64,000 nucleotides of DNA from Octopus bimaculoides (lineage: Eukaryota). The stretch spans positions 92,384,191-92,448,190 of the forward strand of contig NC_068988.1 of NCBI RefSeq assembly GCF_001194135.2. Reading direction: 5' to 3'. The notes under the pieces were generated by a model. That model did not search any database. It saw nothing but the letters and a program-made list of their open reading frames with translations, and was not told the DNA's origin. Shown here piece by piece: positions 1-12,615 of the stretch. Numbering within the stretch: position 1 is the first letter of the stretch; every line of letters starts with the position of its first letter. Both the position numbers and the translations under genes were made by a program.

Positions 1-37
1 TATCTGTGAGATTGTATAAAGTGAAACCTGTGATATA

Positions 38-1212
38 TTGAGTCATCCTATAAATAATGCAGTTTTTTCAATTGCATGAACTAAAAGTTGGAAGGAGACG
101 GGATAAACTACCTGCATCAACTTGCTATAAACGCAGGTAGTAATTTTATCATGTACTTATTCATAGTGCAAGTTATGAAGAGTGCAGTTCGATTTTAACA
201 GTTATTTTTTCAAAGCTATAATGGAAGTAACAAAGGAACATATTCGGCATATTTTACTTTATGAGTTCAATAAAGGCAACAAAGCAACGGAAAGTGCGAG
301 GAATATTAATACAGTATTTAGGGATCGGACATTAAGTGTAAGCCAGTGTCAACGGTGGTTCCGGAATTCAGAGCCGGAAACTACAACCTAGAAGACGAGC
401 CTCAACCTGGAAGATCTGTAGAATTTGACGAGGACGTCCTGCAAATCCTGGTGGAACAAAATTCCATCGTAACTGTTGAGGAACTAACAGAGAAGCTTGG
501 ATTTGGTCATTCAACCATTCATCGACACCTGTGTGCCATCAGAAAAGTTAGCAAATCGGGTCAATGGGTTCCTCACAAACTTTCCAAGTCTAATCGCATG
601 CAGAGAGTGAATGTGTGTTCTTCTTTGCTGTCACATCTCACAAATGAACCTGTTTTGGACCGAATTGTGACTGATGATAAGAAATGGGTTCTCTATAAAA
701 ATGTCAAGTGCCAAAGGCAGTGGGTAGGGAAAGGAGAAACACTGGCACCTCAGGCTAAAGAAGGTCTTCACACATGTAAAGTGTTGTTGTCTGTTTGGTG
801 GGATATGAAAGGTTTAGTCTACTTAGAACTTTTAAACCTAAACCAAACGATAACAAAGGAGATCTACTGTGAGCTGCTTGAGTGGCTTAAGTCAGTGCTA
901 GAAGAAAAACGACCATCTTTGGTTTCAAGATGAAGGGTGTTCTTCCTTCAGGATGATGCTCAACCACATACATGACATTCCAAAGACTGGAGCAATTTGA
1001 ATGGGAAACGATGCCCTACCCACCATATTTACCGGACATTGCCCCATCTGATTATCATTTATTCCGCACTCTTCAAAATCATTTGGACAGAAAATATATG
1101 AATTCTGTAGATGAGGTCAGAACAGTACTGGAGGAGTATTTTTCATCACAAACAAGTGAATATTGGAAGAGGGGCCTTATAAAAAAAAAACATTATTTAT
1201 GGGATGACCCAA
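38..1212 (+). mobile_element. Mariner (DD34D-type) DNA transposon, non-functional, ~1175 bp
   Basis: TA-flanked TIRs: TTGAGTCATCCTATAAATAATG (38-59) versus the reverse complement of CATTATTTATGGGATGACCCAA (1191-1212), 2 mismatches. Transposase motifs WVPHKL, IVTDDKKW, QDDAQPH and YLPDIAPSDY are present. Confidence 0.95.
221..1180 (+). pseudogene. Mariner transposase pseudogene
   Basis: Starts MEVTKEHIRHILLYEF and is split over ORFs 182-391, 346-933 and 972-1349 by frameshifts and an in-frame TGA at 931. The C-terminus is lost after YWKRGL. Confidence 0.93.
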
Positions 1213-1214
1213 TA

Positions 1215-1325
1215 CATACATCTCTGATGTTATATACAAAGACGTACATCTGTGATATTGTATACAAGGCTATCTGTGATACTGTATACAACAACGTCTG
1301 TGATATTGTATACTATAATAATATA
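1215..1325 (+). repeat. ~25-bp minisatellite (TCTGTGATATTGTATAC core), continuing at 1-35
   Basis: Four degenerate units to the right of the mariner and about one and a half to its left. Confidence 0.75.
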
Positions 1326-1834
1326 GGGGCATATAATGTAAGTGGATGATGTATACTGGGTGATAAAAGTGGATTGAGATGTTGATAGACAGTTACATGT
1401 AGTGAAGTTCATCGTTGTTTAGCTTCAGGTCAGCCTCGATTGAGCAGATAGAGCTATGAGCAAAAGCATTCCCGCCATGACCAACCATCTTTTTCTCAGG
1501 TAGTGTGCCTCCAAGACTATGCTATCCAATGTGTCCTTCTCACTTCAAGATGGAGAAGTTTGACATGTTGGGAAATTTGGCTGCTATCTTCGGCAGGTAA
1601 AGTGACCATACTAAAATTCCATTATTGTCTCATAGTATAGAGTTCTTAGATGTTGAACTAAAGGCTTCAAAGGTTTTATGGACAGAATAATGTGGTGATG
1701 AGGAGACTGGTAGTGTTGATGAAGGTGAAGATGGTGATGATAATGATGATGATGCCTTTGAAGTTTAGAATATTTGAGTGTTATAGCTAATATAGAATAA
1801 GAGTTATGAGGGAAAGTTGTGGTATCCTCTATCT

Positions 1835-2034
1835 TTTATTTTTATCTTTTACTTGTTTCAATCATTGGACTGTGGCCATGTTGGAGCACTGCCTTGTAGG
1901 GTTTAGTTGAACAAATCAATCCCAGTATTTTATTTTTGAGCCTGGTACTTATTATATGGATGAGTTTTGCCAAATCACTAAATTATGGGAACATAAAATG
2001 ACAACATTGGTTGTCAAGTGGTGGTCGTGGGGAT

Positions 2035-2082
<48 letters not shown>

Positions 2083-2238
2083 CCTTCTTTTAGTTTCTGT
2101 CTATCATATCCACTCACAAAACTTTGGTCAACTTGAGTCTATAGTAGAAGAGACTTGCCCAAAGTGCTGTATAGTGGGACTGAACCCAAGATCACATGGT
2201 TGGGAACCAAGCTTGTTAACTACTTAACCACGACTGCT
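1835..2238 (-). mobile_element. SINE family A
   Basis: Full-length reverse copy with an internal (CA)n. Confidence 0.85.
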
Positions 2239-3360
2239 TTAGCTTTTGATGAGTGTTAGGAAGGGCATCCAGCTGTAAAAACAGACAAAAGTCTGGTGCA
2301 GGCTTATGCCTAGCCAGTTCCTGGGAAACCATCCTGACCCATGCCAGCGTGGAAGGTGGACGTTAAATGATGATGATGATGATGATGATGATATTGGTTT
2401 CATATTTTGACACAAGGCCAGCACTTTCTGGGAAGAGGGTAAATTGATTATATTGACTCCAGTGCTCAACTGGTACATATTTTATCAACCCAGAAAGGAC
2501 AAAAGTCAAAGTCGACCTTGTTGTAATTTGAACTCAGAACATAAAGGCAGATGAAATGCTGCTAAGCATGTTTGCCTGGGATGCTAACGGTTCTGCTAAC
2601 TTGGCACCTTGAGTGATGAGATAACATTGATAGTTTATTGTGTGGTGTATGTAATTGGAGACAGGTGCAGAACTAGAGAACCCTTTTGATTTTGGTATAA
2701 ACAACAAAAACCTGAAGTGTCAATTCAGGCAGCAAGGGTGCTACATGTGACAGGTGGACCTTTAACTCTCCATTAGAGGTTCACTTCAGATTAGCCAATT
2801 ACAATTGAAGCCATTTAATCAAGAAGGTTTTTCCATCCTTTCACAAATAACGGCTGTGAAACCTTTAACTTCCAATTAGGATTTCAACACCTTATTGTCT
2901 GCCATCCATATCAGTGTGGTGCTACATTCATTATGTGACTGTAAGGGAACTTCAGCTGTTTGTTTAGGATAATTGATGCCTGTCTATAGAGGAATACATT
3001 GACTTAATGGTCCAATCAGTCTCAAATGTCCAGTCATTAAGTGAGAGGCTAATTCAGTTAGAAATAATGTTATTAATGGTGGTTACATACTCATTGATGA
3101 TATTTGACATAAAAATTTTTTTTTCCTAAATGTTATCTAGGGAGCAGTAAAAGCAATGATTTAAGGAAATCATTTAAAAATTATAAGCAATCAACAAACA
3201 ATGCACACAAGTGTGGATGTGTGGTAACAAGTTTGCTTCCCAACTACATGGTTTCGGGTTCAGTCCCCTGTTTGGCACTTTGGAAAAGTGTTTTCTGCTA
3301 TAGCCCCAGGCCAACTCAATCCTTGTGAGTGGATTTGGTTAACAGAAACTGAAAGACTGT

Positions 3361-3411
<51 letters not shown>

Positions 3412-5199
3412 CTCCTCCTCATCATCATCATTTAACATCCGTTTTCCATGCTGGCATGGGTTGGACGGTTTGACAGGAGCTGAAGGGCTGATCAGGCTCC
3501 ATGTCTGTTTTGGCATGGTTTCTACAGCTGTATGCCCTTCCTAACACCAACCATTTTACAGAGTGTACTGGGTACTTTTACACAGCACCATATATATGTC
3601 TATATATATATATATATATATATAGTAGTTAATAAATCATATGGTATACACTTGGTAGTTTGCTGGTAAAGCATGTTCACTGGTTCAGTGTTCATTGGGT
3701 ATGTAATTAATGAGAGAGATGGAAGATGGGATATATGAGAATCTTTATTGATCACTACAGTCGTTTTGACCAATCTAGCACTGATCCCTCATGGGTGGGA
3801 TACTACACAACTGGTTTAGGTGTATTTCTCGGTGTAGATGTGTCTCCTCAGGTGATTGCAAGAGGTATCTCATTAAAATAAATTCTGTTTTGCACAGCTT
3901 ATTACTACTGCATGTTTACTTCATGGTCTTCATAAATAGAAATGGCAAATTGATGAATACTGCTTCATTCTTATAGAAGATCAATGACAAAGATCAAGTG
4001 CAAAAAAAAACAAATACATTATAAAACAAAAAAAAAAAGTCATTACATGTAACTGTTAGTAGATATGGATATACAAGCACCCACATATACACACACACAC
4101 ACACATACATGTGTGTGTGTGTGTGAGATGTGTGTATGTATGCTTACATTTATGTTTCTGTCTGTCCCACCCACCACCTGAAACCCAGTGTTGCTTTGTT
4201 TACATCCTTGTAACTTAACAGTTCAGTGAAAGAGACCAATAGAATAAGTGCTAGGCTTTAAAACAAAGTACCAGGATCGATTTGTTTGGATAAAACATTT
4301 TCAGGCAATTCCCCACCATGGCCACTGTCCAGTGACTGAAACCTGTAAAAATAGAATCATAGGCCTCTATTATTCTATATACATTACTCAATGTTTCTTT
4401 GCTGCTCATCATGGGTTCATCTTTTAATGTGGCTTTGTTGCTTATATTTGGTCAACATGCAGGAATCTCATTTTTTTAAATTTATAAATACATGAAGAGT
4501 TCTTTGTTTCCATTGCAGTCCTTTTTCTTTATGGTAAGTACAAAAGGGACAGGTGGTGATGCAATAACAAATATGAAGCAACTTGAACTTAAAAAGAAAT
4601 CTTAAATAAGTAAACAGACTCCATCAAGACCCCTGAGAGCAAAATGTTGAACAGAATTTTCCATTGTTAGATCTTCTTCAGATTTTCCATAAAGCTGAAT
4701 TCATTCAGAAGTTTTCAAATAAAAGAGTAACAGAGAAAATGTGAGAACTCTATGCACGCACAACAACTGATAAACTAACTGAATAACCGAAAGAACAAAC
4801 ACTCAAAAACATGTTATTGAAGGTTTTTTTTTTTAATAATCATCAATGTTTAGCATTGCTTTTAGAGTAATCATTACAAATGTTTGGTATTTATTTTATG
4901 CAATCAACTATTAGGATTTTGTTTTTTATAGTATTTTATAAAATATCATTAATGCTGGAGATAATTAAGGAGGAAACTGTTAAGTGATATTATATTGCTG
5001 TATTAGGGTTTGGGAATCCAAATCCTATTGCATCTCAGACTAAAGTCAAATTTAAGTAGCTGTTCCCTCCTTTTAATCACAGTGGCAACAGTTGCGATGT
5101 AGACATACTTTGGTTGCACAACAACTGACCTCAGATATTTTACAACCTTATTGTTTAGCTTTTTAGTATTCAGATTACTCTGTCGAATATAATGCTTGT

Positions 5200-5535
5200 T
5201 TATCTCAGTGGTTAGAGCATTGGGCTCACAATCATGAGGTAGTGAGTTCAATTCCTGGACCAGGCTATGTGTTGTGCTCTTGAGCAAGACACTTTATTTC
5301 ACGTTGCTTCAGTTCATTCAGCTGCAGAAATGAGTTGCGACATCACTGGTGCCGAGCTGTGTCAGCCTTTGCCTTTTTCTTGGATAACATCAGTGGTGTG
5401 GAGAGGGGTGGCTGGTATGTATGGGCGACTGCTGGTCTTCCATAAACAATCTTGCCTGGATTTGTGCCTTGAAGGGTAACTTTCTAGGTGCAACCCCATG
5501 GTCAGTCATGACCAAAGGAAGTCTTTACCTTTTAC
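5200..5535 (+). mobile_element. tRNA-derived SINE family E
   Basis: CTCAGTGGTTAGAGC...GAGTTCAATTCC head and CTTGAGCAAGACACTT block. Second copy at 9052-9390(+), partial at 23560-23700(-). Confidence 0.82.
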
Positions 5536-6024
5536 CGTTATTCATGTTGTTTTGATTTAATCATGCATTATCTCACAGTTTTAATAACGTGATTAATTAT
5601 TTTTCAAATTACATCTTAGGATAGGCATGAGAGGCCAGATCTGGCTAGTTTGCTCATAAAACAGGTAGAATATTTTGGCCGGATATGGCTGATTTAAATA
5701 CTAAGAGGTTTGTCAATTCACTTGTAATTAATTCTATATTTTATGTAGCTTTGGTTAATCATTAGAGAAACCAGTCTGTATGTCTACATGAAATGGAAAT
5801 GAGGACTGTTGACCATTGCGGCATCACCACCTGTCCCTTTTGTACTTAACATAAAGTTTTAATTACTTACTGGGAACAATTTCATCTTCAAATAAAACTA
5901 CATTTATCTGGTCAAAGATATAATTTTGTGAGGAGTTTTTGAAGAAAGGAGAGTAAAATCTTTGAGGAAACTTCACAATAAAATATTACTCTCTAGTGAG
6001 TTGATGTGTTCTCATTGTGGAAGC

Positions 6025-6404
6025 TGGCACTCCGTCGCTTACGACGTCGAGGGTTCCAGTTGATCCGATCAACGGAACAGCCTGCTCGTGAAATTAACGT
6101 GCAAGTGGCTGAGCACTCCACAGACACGTGTACCCTTAACGTAGTTCTCGGGGATATTCAGCGTGACACAGTGTGACAAGGCTGACCCTTTGAATTACAG
6201 GCACAACAGAAACAGGAAGTAAGAGTGAGAGAAAGTTGTGGTGAAAGAGTACAGCAGGGTTCACCACCATCCCCTGCCGGAGCCTCGTGGAGCTTTAGGT
6301 GTTTTCGTTCAATAAACACTCACAACGCCTGGTCTGGGAATCGAAACCGCGATCCTATGACTGTGAGTCCGCTTGCCCTAACCACTGGGCCATTGCGCCT
6401 CCAC
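6025..6404 (-). mobile_element. SINE family B
   Basis: Near-identical reverse complement of 52256-52635. Confidence 0.9.
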
Positions 6405-6954
6405 GGTGTTTAGAATGAAATAGCACTTTACATGGCTACTAGCAAATAAAAACTTTAAGGTCTTTATTGTGTGTAGAAAAGAAATTAAATGTGTATAATC
6501 TGTGCTCCTCTTTCTTTATCTTTGATGTAAATTCCAAACTTTCAAATCCACCTCAACTTAGCTTAATCTAAAAGGGATTCTCTCCTCTATAATAGTTGAC
6601 CACCAGGGGGCATACCACATGTTTATAAGTATTGTTTTCCTGAATATGTCATTGTTTAGTTTGCTTGGAGCTATGTTGTCATGTTGTGCATAGATTCACG
6701 CAGGTGATGGTTATATGAGATACAGAATGACAGTCAGCACCATGTTCCATATGAGCCAGAACATTTCTTTCTTTGTAGTCATTCAACATACTATGTCAGG
6801 GGCCTCTTGTTTAAAAAAAGAAAATGGAATCCACATGTCAAAATAGTTGAATCATAAGACAGCTTATTTCAGCAGACAGCCTGGTTGCAGTTAAAATTAT
6901 GCTTTATATGGTGATATTTTGCAAAAATATTTATCAAGTGTGACGAAGTTTAAT

Positions 6955-7368
6955 TCTTTCATTCTTTTACTTATTTCAGTCATTTGACTGTGGCCATGCT
7001 GGAGTACTGCCTTAAAGGTTTCTTTTAGTCAAAGAAAGTGACCCCAGGACGTATTCTTTGTAAGCTTAGTACTTATTCTATCGGTCTCTTTTGTCAAATC
7101 TCTAAGTTATGGCGATGGAAACACACCAACAGTGGTTGTCAAGTGGTAATGGGAGGACAGACAGACAGACACACACACACATGCACACATACACACATAT
7201 ATACAACAAGCTTTTTTCAGTTTCTGTCTACTAAATCCACTCACAAGGCTTTGGTTGGCCTGAGGCTATAGTAGAAGACACTTGCCCAAAGTGTCACACT
7301 GTGGAACTGAACCCAGAATTATGTGGTTAGGGTGCAAGCTTCTTACTACGCAGCCATGCCTTCACCTA
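6955..7368 (-). mobile_element. SINE family A
   Basis: Full-length reverse copy. Confidence 0.85.
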
Positions 7369-7419
7369 TAGCCACACCTGTACCTATAACCTCACCTGCA
7401 CCTATTCTTTATGTGTATT

Positions 7420-9045
7420 GTGCAAGTGTTTTAGAACTTTGCTTTGTCAAGAGTTAAATTCCACCTCACAGGTCATTGTTTCTCCTTCACAAAATACAGA
7501 TTCTTCTTCCACAGAGAGAGTTCCTTCTTCACATGAAATGTATTCCACCTTGAAGTTTTCAGCTTTTTTTACTCTCCCCAGTATGTTTATTTTTCAAAGA
7601 AATCGTCTGCCTTTCCCCATGAGCCTTTTTTTGGGTTCTCATCCTCATAAATCGATGGGCCGGTGCCACTGTGTGAAGATGCTACACAGTTGCTTCTTGG
7701 TATTAGTTGTTGTTGTTGCCATGGTTAGTTCTCCTTGTCTTTGCTGATTGTGACTGAGGGGACTTCTTTTGGGTTTCATGGCTTGCTCTTGGCAATGAGG
7801 ACTGGGAAGTTTCATTTGCCAGCTCATGAGTTGCGCCTGGTATCAGCCTAGCAACAAAACACTGTTCCTTGATTTATTGTTGCTGCTTTTGTTCTTTGGG
7901 ATTTTCTATACAGAGAGCCTGTAGATAAGTTTGTTTCCAGATATAACAGCTAGGTTTTCTAACTAAGATCTTGATCCTTAAGGTCTTCTTTTTGGCACCC
8001 TTTACAAAACACAGTCCTTGCAAGGTCATGAGAATTTGTATGTTCATAGTGATCCTACCCAACTGTACATTGCAAAATGTTACATGATCACTGACCACTG
8101 CTCATATTGTGCAACGAAGGTAACTACAAACCAGGAATCAATATCAACACCAACGTCCCTGACAGTGACCCCTGTGTCCCTCATTCCTAAATACTGCAGA
8201 ATCAGCTTATGAGCAGATTTTAGGGCATACTATTTGGGCTTGGGTTTTCGCAGTGTCTTCTTTTATTTACATGATACATATAGTACAAGTGGAGGCGCAA
8301 TGGCCCAGTGGTTAGGGCAGCGGACTCACAGTCATAGGATCACGGTTTCGATTCCCAAACCGGGCGTTGTAAGTGTTTATTGAGCGAAAACACCTAAAGC
8401 TCCACGAGGCTCCGGCAGGGGATGGTGGCGAACCCTGCTGTACTCTTTCACCACAACTTTCTCTCACTCTTTGTTTCTGTTGTACCTGTGATTCAAAGGG
8501 CCAGCCTTGTCACATTGTGTCACGCTGAATATCCCCGAGAACTACGTTAAGGGTACACGTGTCTGTGGAGTGCTCAGCCACTTGCACGTTAATTTCACGA
8601 GCAGGCTGTTCCGTTGATCGGATCAACTGGAACCCTCGACATATAGTACAATATGCTTTCCCTCATCTAATGAAGCCTATTTCCCTTCAAAAACTTATGG
8701 CTATCTCCATTTCAAATTTGAATGGAGTCAGAAAACTTGTCTCTTACAAGATTAATACATTATTTTTGTCTTTTCATGATCTTCTGTAATTACTTATGGA
8801 AGGCTGCCCGATTCAGTGTACAAAATAATGTCAAGCTTTTGATCTCTTCAAGAAATGTTTCATATCAAAAGTTTCCCCATCGAACAAAGTCAACTTACCA
8901 TTGCTCGTTTTTATAGTAGGCATCCTTCGGTCTTGAGAGACCATGGATCTGCACCCGGAGAAATTGTGTCATCTGCTGATGGTGGTACAGCATCTGCTGT
9001 GTCTGTAGAGGCCCACATGGGAGTGGCAGTCATGCATATAGTGAC
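7420..9045 (-). mobile_element. Degenerate LINE ORF1 (gag-like), interrupted by SINE B at 8289-8640
   Basis: Broken minus-strand frame with a knuckle-like RKPSCYIWKQTYLQALC followed by a Ser/Gln/Thr-rich tail. No splice structure. Confidence 0.4.
8289..8640 (+). mobile_element. SINE family B, 3'-truncated, with TSD
   Basis: ATATAGTACAA is duplicated at 8278-8288 and 8641-8651. Confidence 0.9.
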
Positions 9046-9051
9046 CGAATT

Positions 9052-9390
9052 TGAAGGCGCATAGCTCAGTGGTTAGAGCATCAGGCTCACAATTATGAGG
9101 TAATGAGTTTGATTCCTGAACCAGGCTGTGTGTTGTGTTCTTGAGCAAGACACTTTATTTCACTTTACCTCAGCTCACTCATCTGTAGAAATCAGTTGCA
9201 GTGTCACTAGAACCAAGCTGTATCAGCCTTTGCCTTTCCCTTGGATAACATCGGTGGTGTGGAGATGGGAGGCTGGTATGCATGGATGACTACTGGTCTT
9301 CCATAAACAAGCTTGCCGGGCTTGTGCTTCAGAGGGTAAATTTCTAGGTGCAATCCTATGGTCATTCATGACCGCAGAGAGTCTTTTTTT
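9052..9390 (+). mobile_element. SINE family E
   Basis: Colinear with 5200-5535. Confidence 0.82.
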
Positions 9391-9740
9391 TCGTTCATGT
9401 TTACACCCAATGCAATATATGCTTGCATACTGTTATTATTGTTATTGATGACAAGGTATCTACTTTGTCGAGTAAAAATGACTATTTTCTTTTTGTGCTG
9501 TTATTAACATTTTACACTTCAATTAAAATTGACTTTCTGTTTTCTGTTTGTTTTCTGTGTATGAAATATATTATTTTGTATGTTTTAAGCTTTCTTTTGG
9601 GAGTGTGGCATGAAATGTTGTTTGTCACTACCATTTTGTCTGTAAAGGTAGTATTTAAACTGTATGAAGTTACCTGTATGCATGTATCTTAAAAACACTA
9701 TTTCATTGAAGACAGACATGACTACTTCATCAGTAGTGGA

Positions 9741-9786
<46 letters not shown>

Positions 9787-9899
9787 AACATCTAAGAGTT
9801 AACAAGCAGATTGAGGATGGTACAAGATGATATGATGTGGAGTTTACATGAAGGCATGTAAATAGTAAAATAAAAATAAAAAAACAACAAAAAAACAGA

Positions 9900-10600
9900 A
9901 GCAAAAATCCAAACAAGAAAATTTCCCCAAAAGGGTTGGGGAGACTTTTAAGGGCTGCTTATGGAAACACCACTAAACAACAGTCTCCCTGACTGCTTGG
10001 GCAAGTGCCCTTTTCTCATCCCCTACCTTCAATCTACGGGCTCATTCTTACAGCTGGGCCACACATGGAGCAGTAAAGTTTTCAGATCAGACCATCCAAA
10101 GCAGATGATTTGCCTCCTGTGTGGCCAACCATCACTTCTTGTATTTCTGCAGCTATTTTGGGATTTTCGTAACATGCTGATTTTCTTGACCAGAGGTGTG
10201 GCAGGCCATCAAGGTAGGCACTGAAATTTATTCTGTGATCTGGCTTTGCCACCTGTTTTGAACAGCTGAGTTAAGTGCTGCTGAAAAGCTGCAGACATCT
10301 TGGGTTCAAGTAACATGCGTCTATTATGGCCTGTCAAAGACTGAATTGTGGTTTTTTTCCACATTGCACCTCTGCCACTTGGGCCCGTTGAACGACTTTC
10401 ATCTCCTTGTGTCTTTCAGCAGGCGCCTTAGCTTTAACAAGGCAGCCTTTGTGCTTTGCATTGAAGTGGTCAAGGGCTAATCTTGTTGCTTGCATGTTAG
10501 TTGCTACACCTTTCTTGAGTGCCACTTTTAAGTTTCTAACTAGGTTTTCCGAACATGATGGTGTGGATAATGATTTCTTCTATTTCCCACTAAGGCAATG
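9900..10600 (-). mobile_element. Tx1/L1-clade LINE ORF2 fragment (linker region joined to the C-terminal end)
   Basis: LALDHFNAKHKGCLVKAK and NFSAYLDGLPHL...PKIAAEIQEVM resemble the L1/Tx1 endonuclease-RT linker. A T-rich UTR follows on the minus strand. Confidence 0.55.
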
Positions 10601-10949
10601 AGTGAAGTGGACAATAACAAAGACAAAATATGTGTGAGGACTTACATCGAAAAATCAAATGAGATACAGAGAAAAAAGAAACCATGAACTACAAGTATAC
10701 TTAGTTTACAAATAGCCCTTTCTACTATTGGCACAAGGCCTGAAACTTGTGGGGAGTGGGGGCTAGACGATTATGTTGACCACAGTACTCAACTGGTACT
10801 TATTTAATCAACTTCAAAGAGATGAAAAGCAAAAACAACCTCGATGGAATTTGAACTCAGAATGTAAAGATGGATGAAATACTGCTACGCATTTTGCCTG
10901 TCATACTAACGATTCTGCCAGGTCACTGAAAGAATTTGATACAGTCCTT

Positions 10950-11250
10950 CTGACACCAGAGAAACTCAATTTAGGACCGGTTGAGCAGCTCTACAGAGCC
11001 AAGATCACCCCAAACACCAAGAGCAAGCACTCTCTCCAGCTGTCGTTCTGCAACTTAACTACTTACACGTAGTGTTCCCATCAACTCTTGCCAGTTTCAT
11101 CACCATCACTCCTTTCAATAAATTTGAGGGCAAGACTGCCTCTCCTACCCTCTCTTCTTCTTTTGCAAGTGAAACTTGGAAAAGTTGTCAAGGTGATCTA
11201 CCAAGGAAGAAAGTCACAGTCCTCAGACCTATAGCCAAGTAATAATTGTT
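10950..11250 (-). mobile_element. Tx1/L1-clade LINE ORF2 extreme C-terminus and 3' UTR
   Basis: Minus strand GLRTVTFFLG...KFIER, recalled as a cephalopod L1/Tx1 C-terminus. Not database-checked. Confidence 0.45.
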
Positions 11251-11832
11251 TCTGATTTAGATGCTAGGCCANNNNNNNNNNTTGCCGGGGGTATGGCTTC
11301 AAATTTTGGCACAAGGCCAGCAACCTTAGGGGAGGAGTAAGGTTGATAATATCGACCCCAGTACAGTAAGGATGAAAGGCAAAGTTGGCACAACAACATT
11401 CTTTTATTATAAATATCTGTAAAAATATGACATCATCACAAAACTTAAAAAGACATGGGAAAAGCCTCAACATGACTGCTCAACATGAAAGAAATAGCAG
11501 CGACATGTCCCTTAAATCACACCTTGCCCCTTTTAGATGTTAGTCCTACATAAGCAACTCATAGCTAAATGCTTTTAACCTTAGGTTTACTTGATGAGGA
11601 TTGACTTAGGGCTGAACTATGTAACTTGCTAGTGTTTTCTGTGTTTGATTTTTTTTTTTTACTCACAGGCGCAGGAGTGGCTGTGTGGTAAGTAGCTTGC
11701 TTATCAACCACATGGTTCCAGGTTCAGTCCCACTGCGTGGCACCTTGGGCAAGTGTCTTCTACTATAGCCTCAGGCCAACCAGAGCCTGGTGAGTGGATT
11801 TGGTAGATGGAAACTGAAAGAAGCCCGTCGTG

Positions 11833-11887
<55 letters not shown>

Positions 11888-12239
11888 TTGTGTGTCTGTG
11901 TTTGTCCCCCCCAACATTGCTTGACAACCGATGCTGGTGTGTTTACGTCTCCGTGTCACACACACATACGGTCACATATGAATGTATGTTTTGTTCCTTG
12001 CCCAATGAAATATATCTTTTATCTTTTACTTGTTTCAGTCAACTGACTGTGGCCATGCTGGGGCACCACCTTGAATTTTTAGTTGAATGAATCAACCCCA
12101 GTACTTATTTCTTAAGCCTGGTATTTATTCTATCAGTCTCTTTTGCCTAACTGCCAAGTTATACAGACGCAAACACACCAACACCAGTTGACAAGTGGTG
12201 GCGGGGAACAAACACAGGCGCAAAGACACACACACATAG

Positions 12240-12274
<35 letters not shown>

Positions 12275-12615
12275 TATCATCATCATCATCATTTAGCGTC
12301 TGCTTTCCATGCTGGCATGGGTTGGACGGTTTGATTGAAAACTGGTAAGCCAGGGGGCTGCTCCAGATTCCGATCTGATTTGGCAAATTTTCTACAACTG
12401 TCTGCCCTTCCTAACACCAACCACTCCGAGAGTGTGGTGGGTGTTTCTCATGTGCCACTGAGCTGATGCTGAGATCAGCTACGACTACAGTCTGACTTGG
12501 CTTGACAGGTCTACACAAGCATGGAATATTGACAAAGGTCTTGGTCACCTGTCACTGCCTCCATGAAGCCGAAAGATTGAATGGTGCTTTTTGTGTGCCA
12601 CTGGCATGGGTGCCA
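12240..12615 (-). mobile_element. RTE 3' tail fragment
   Basis: (CAT)n followed by TTTAGCGTCTGCTTTCCATGCTGGCATGGGTTGGAC. Further tail copies lie at ~2255-2392(+), 3412-3590(-), 22590-22900(-), 23090-23220(-), 24240-24470(+), 32280-32350(-) and 50580-50760(-). Confidence 0.85.

Noticed and set aside
182-1349. Domesticated SETMAR-like transposase gene
   Set aside because: It has frameshifts and an in-frame stop, both TIRs are present, and there is no SET domain or splice structure.
3740-3800. Possible Penelope-type hammerhead ribozyme remnant on the minus strand
   Set aside because: Both core motifs are broken (CCATGAG for CTGATGA, CAAAA for CGAAA) and stem III pairs poorly. At most a dead remnant.
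5871-5907. 37-nt minus-strand exon candidate (INVVLFEDEIVP) with a GTAAGT donor
   Set aside because: No partner exons and no recognisable homology. Splice-like motifs this short arise by chance in AT-rich DNA.
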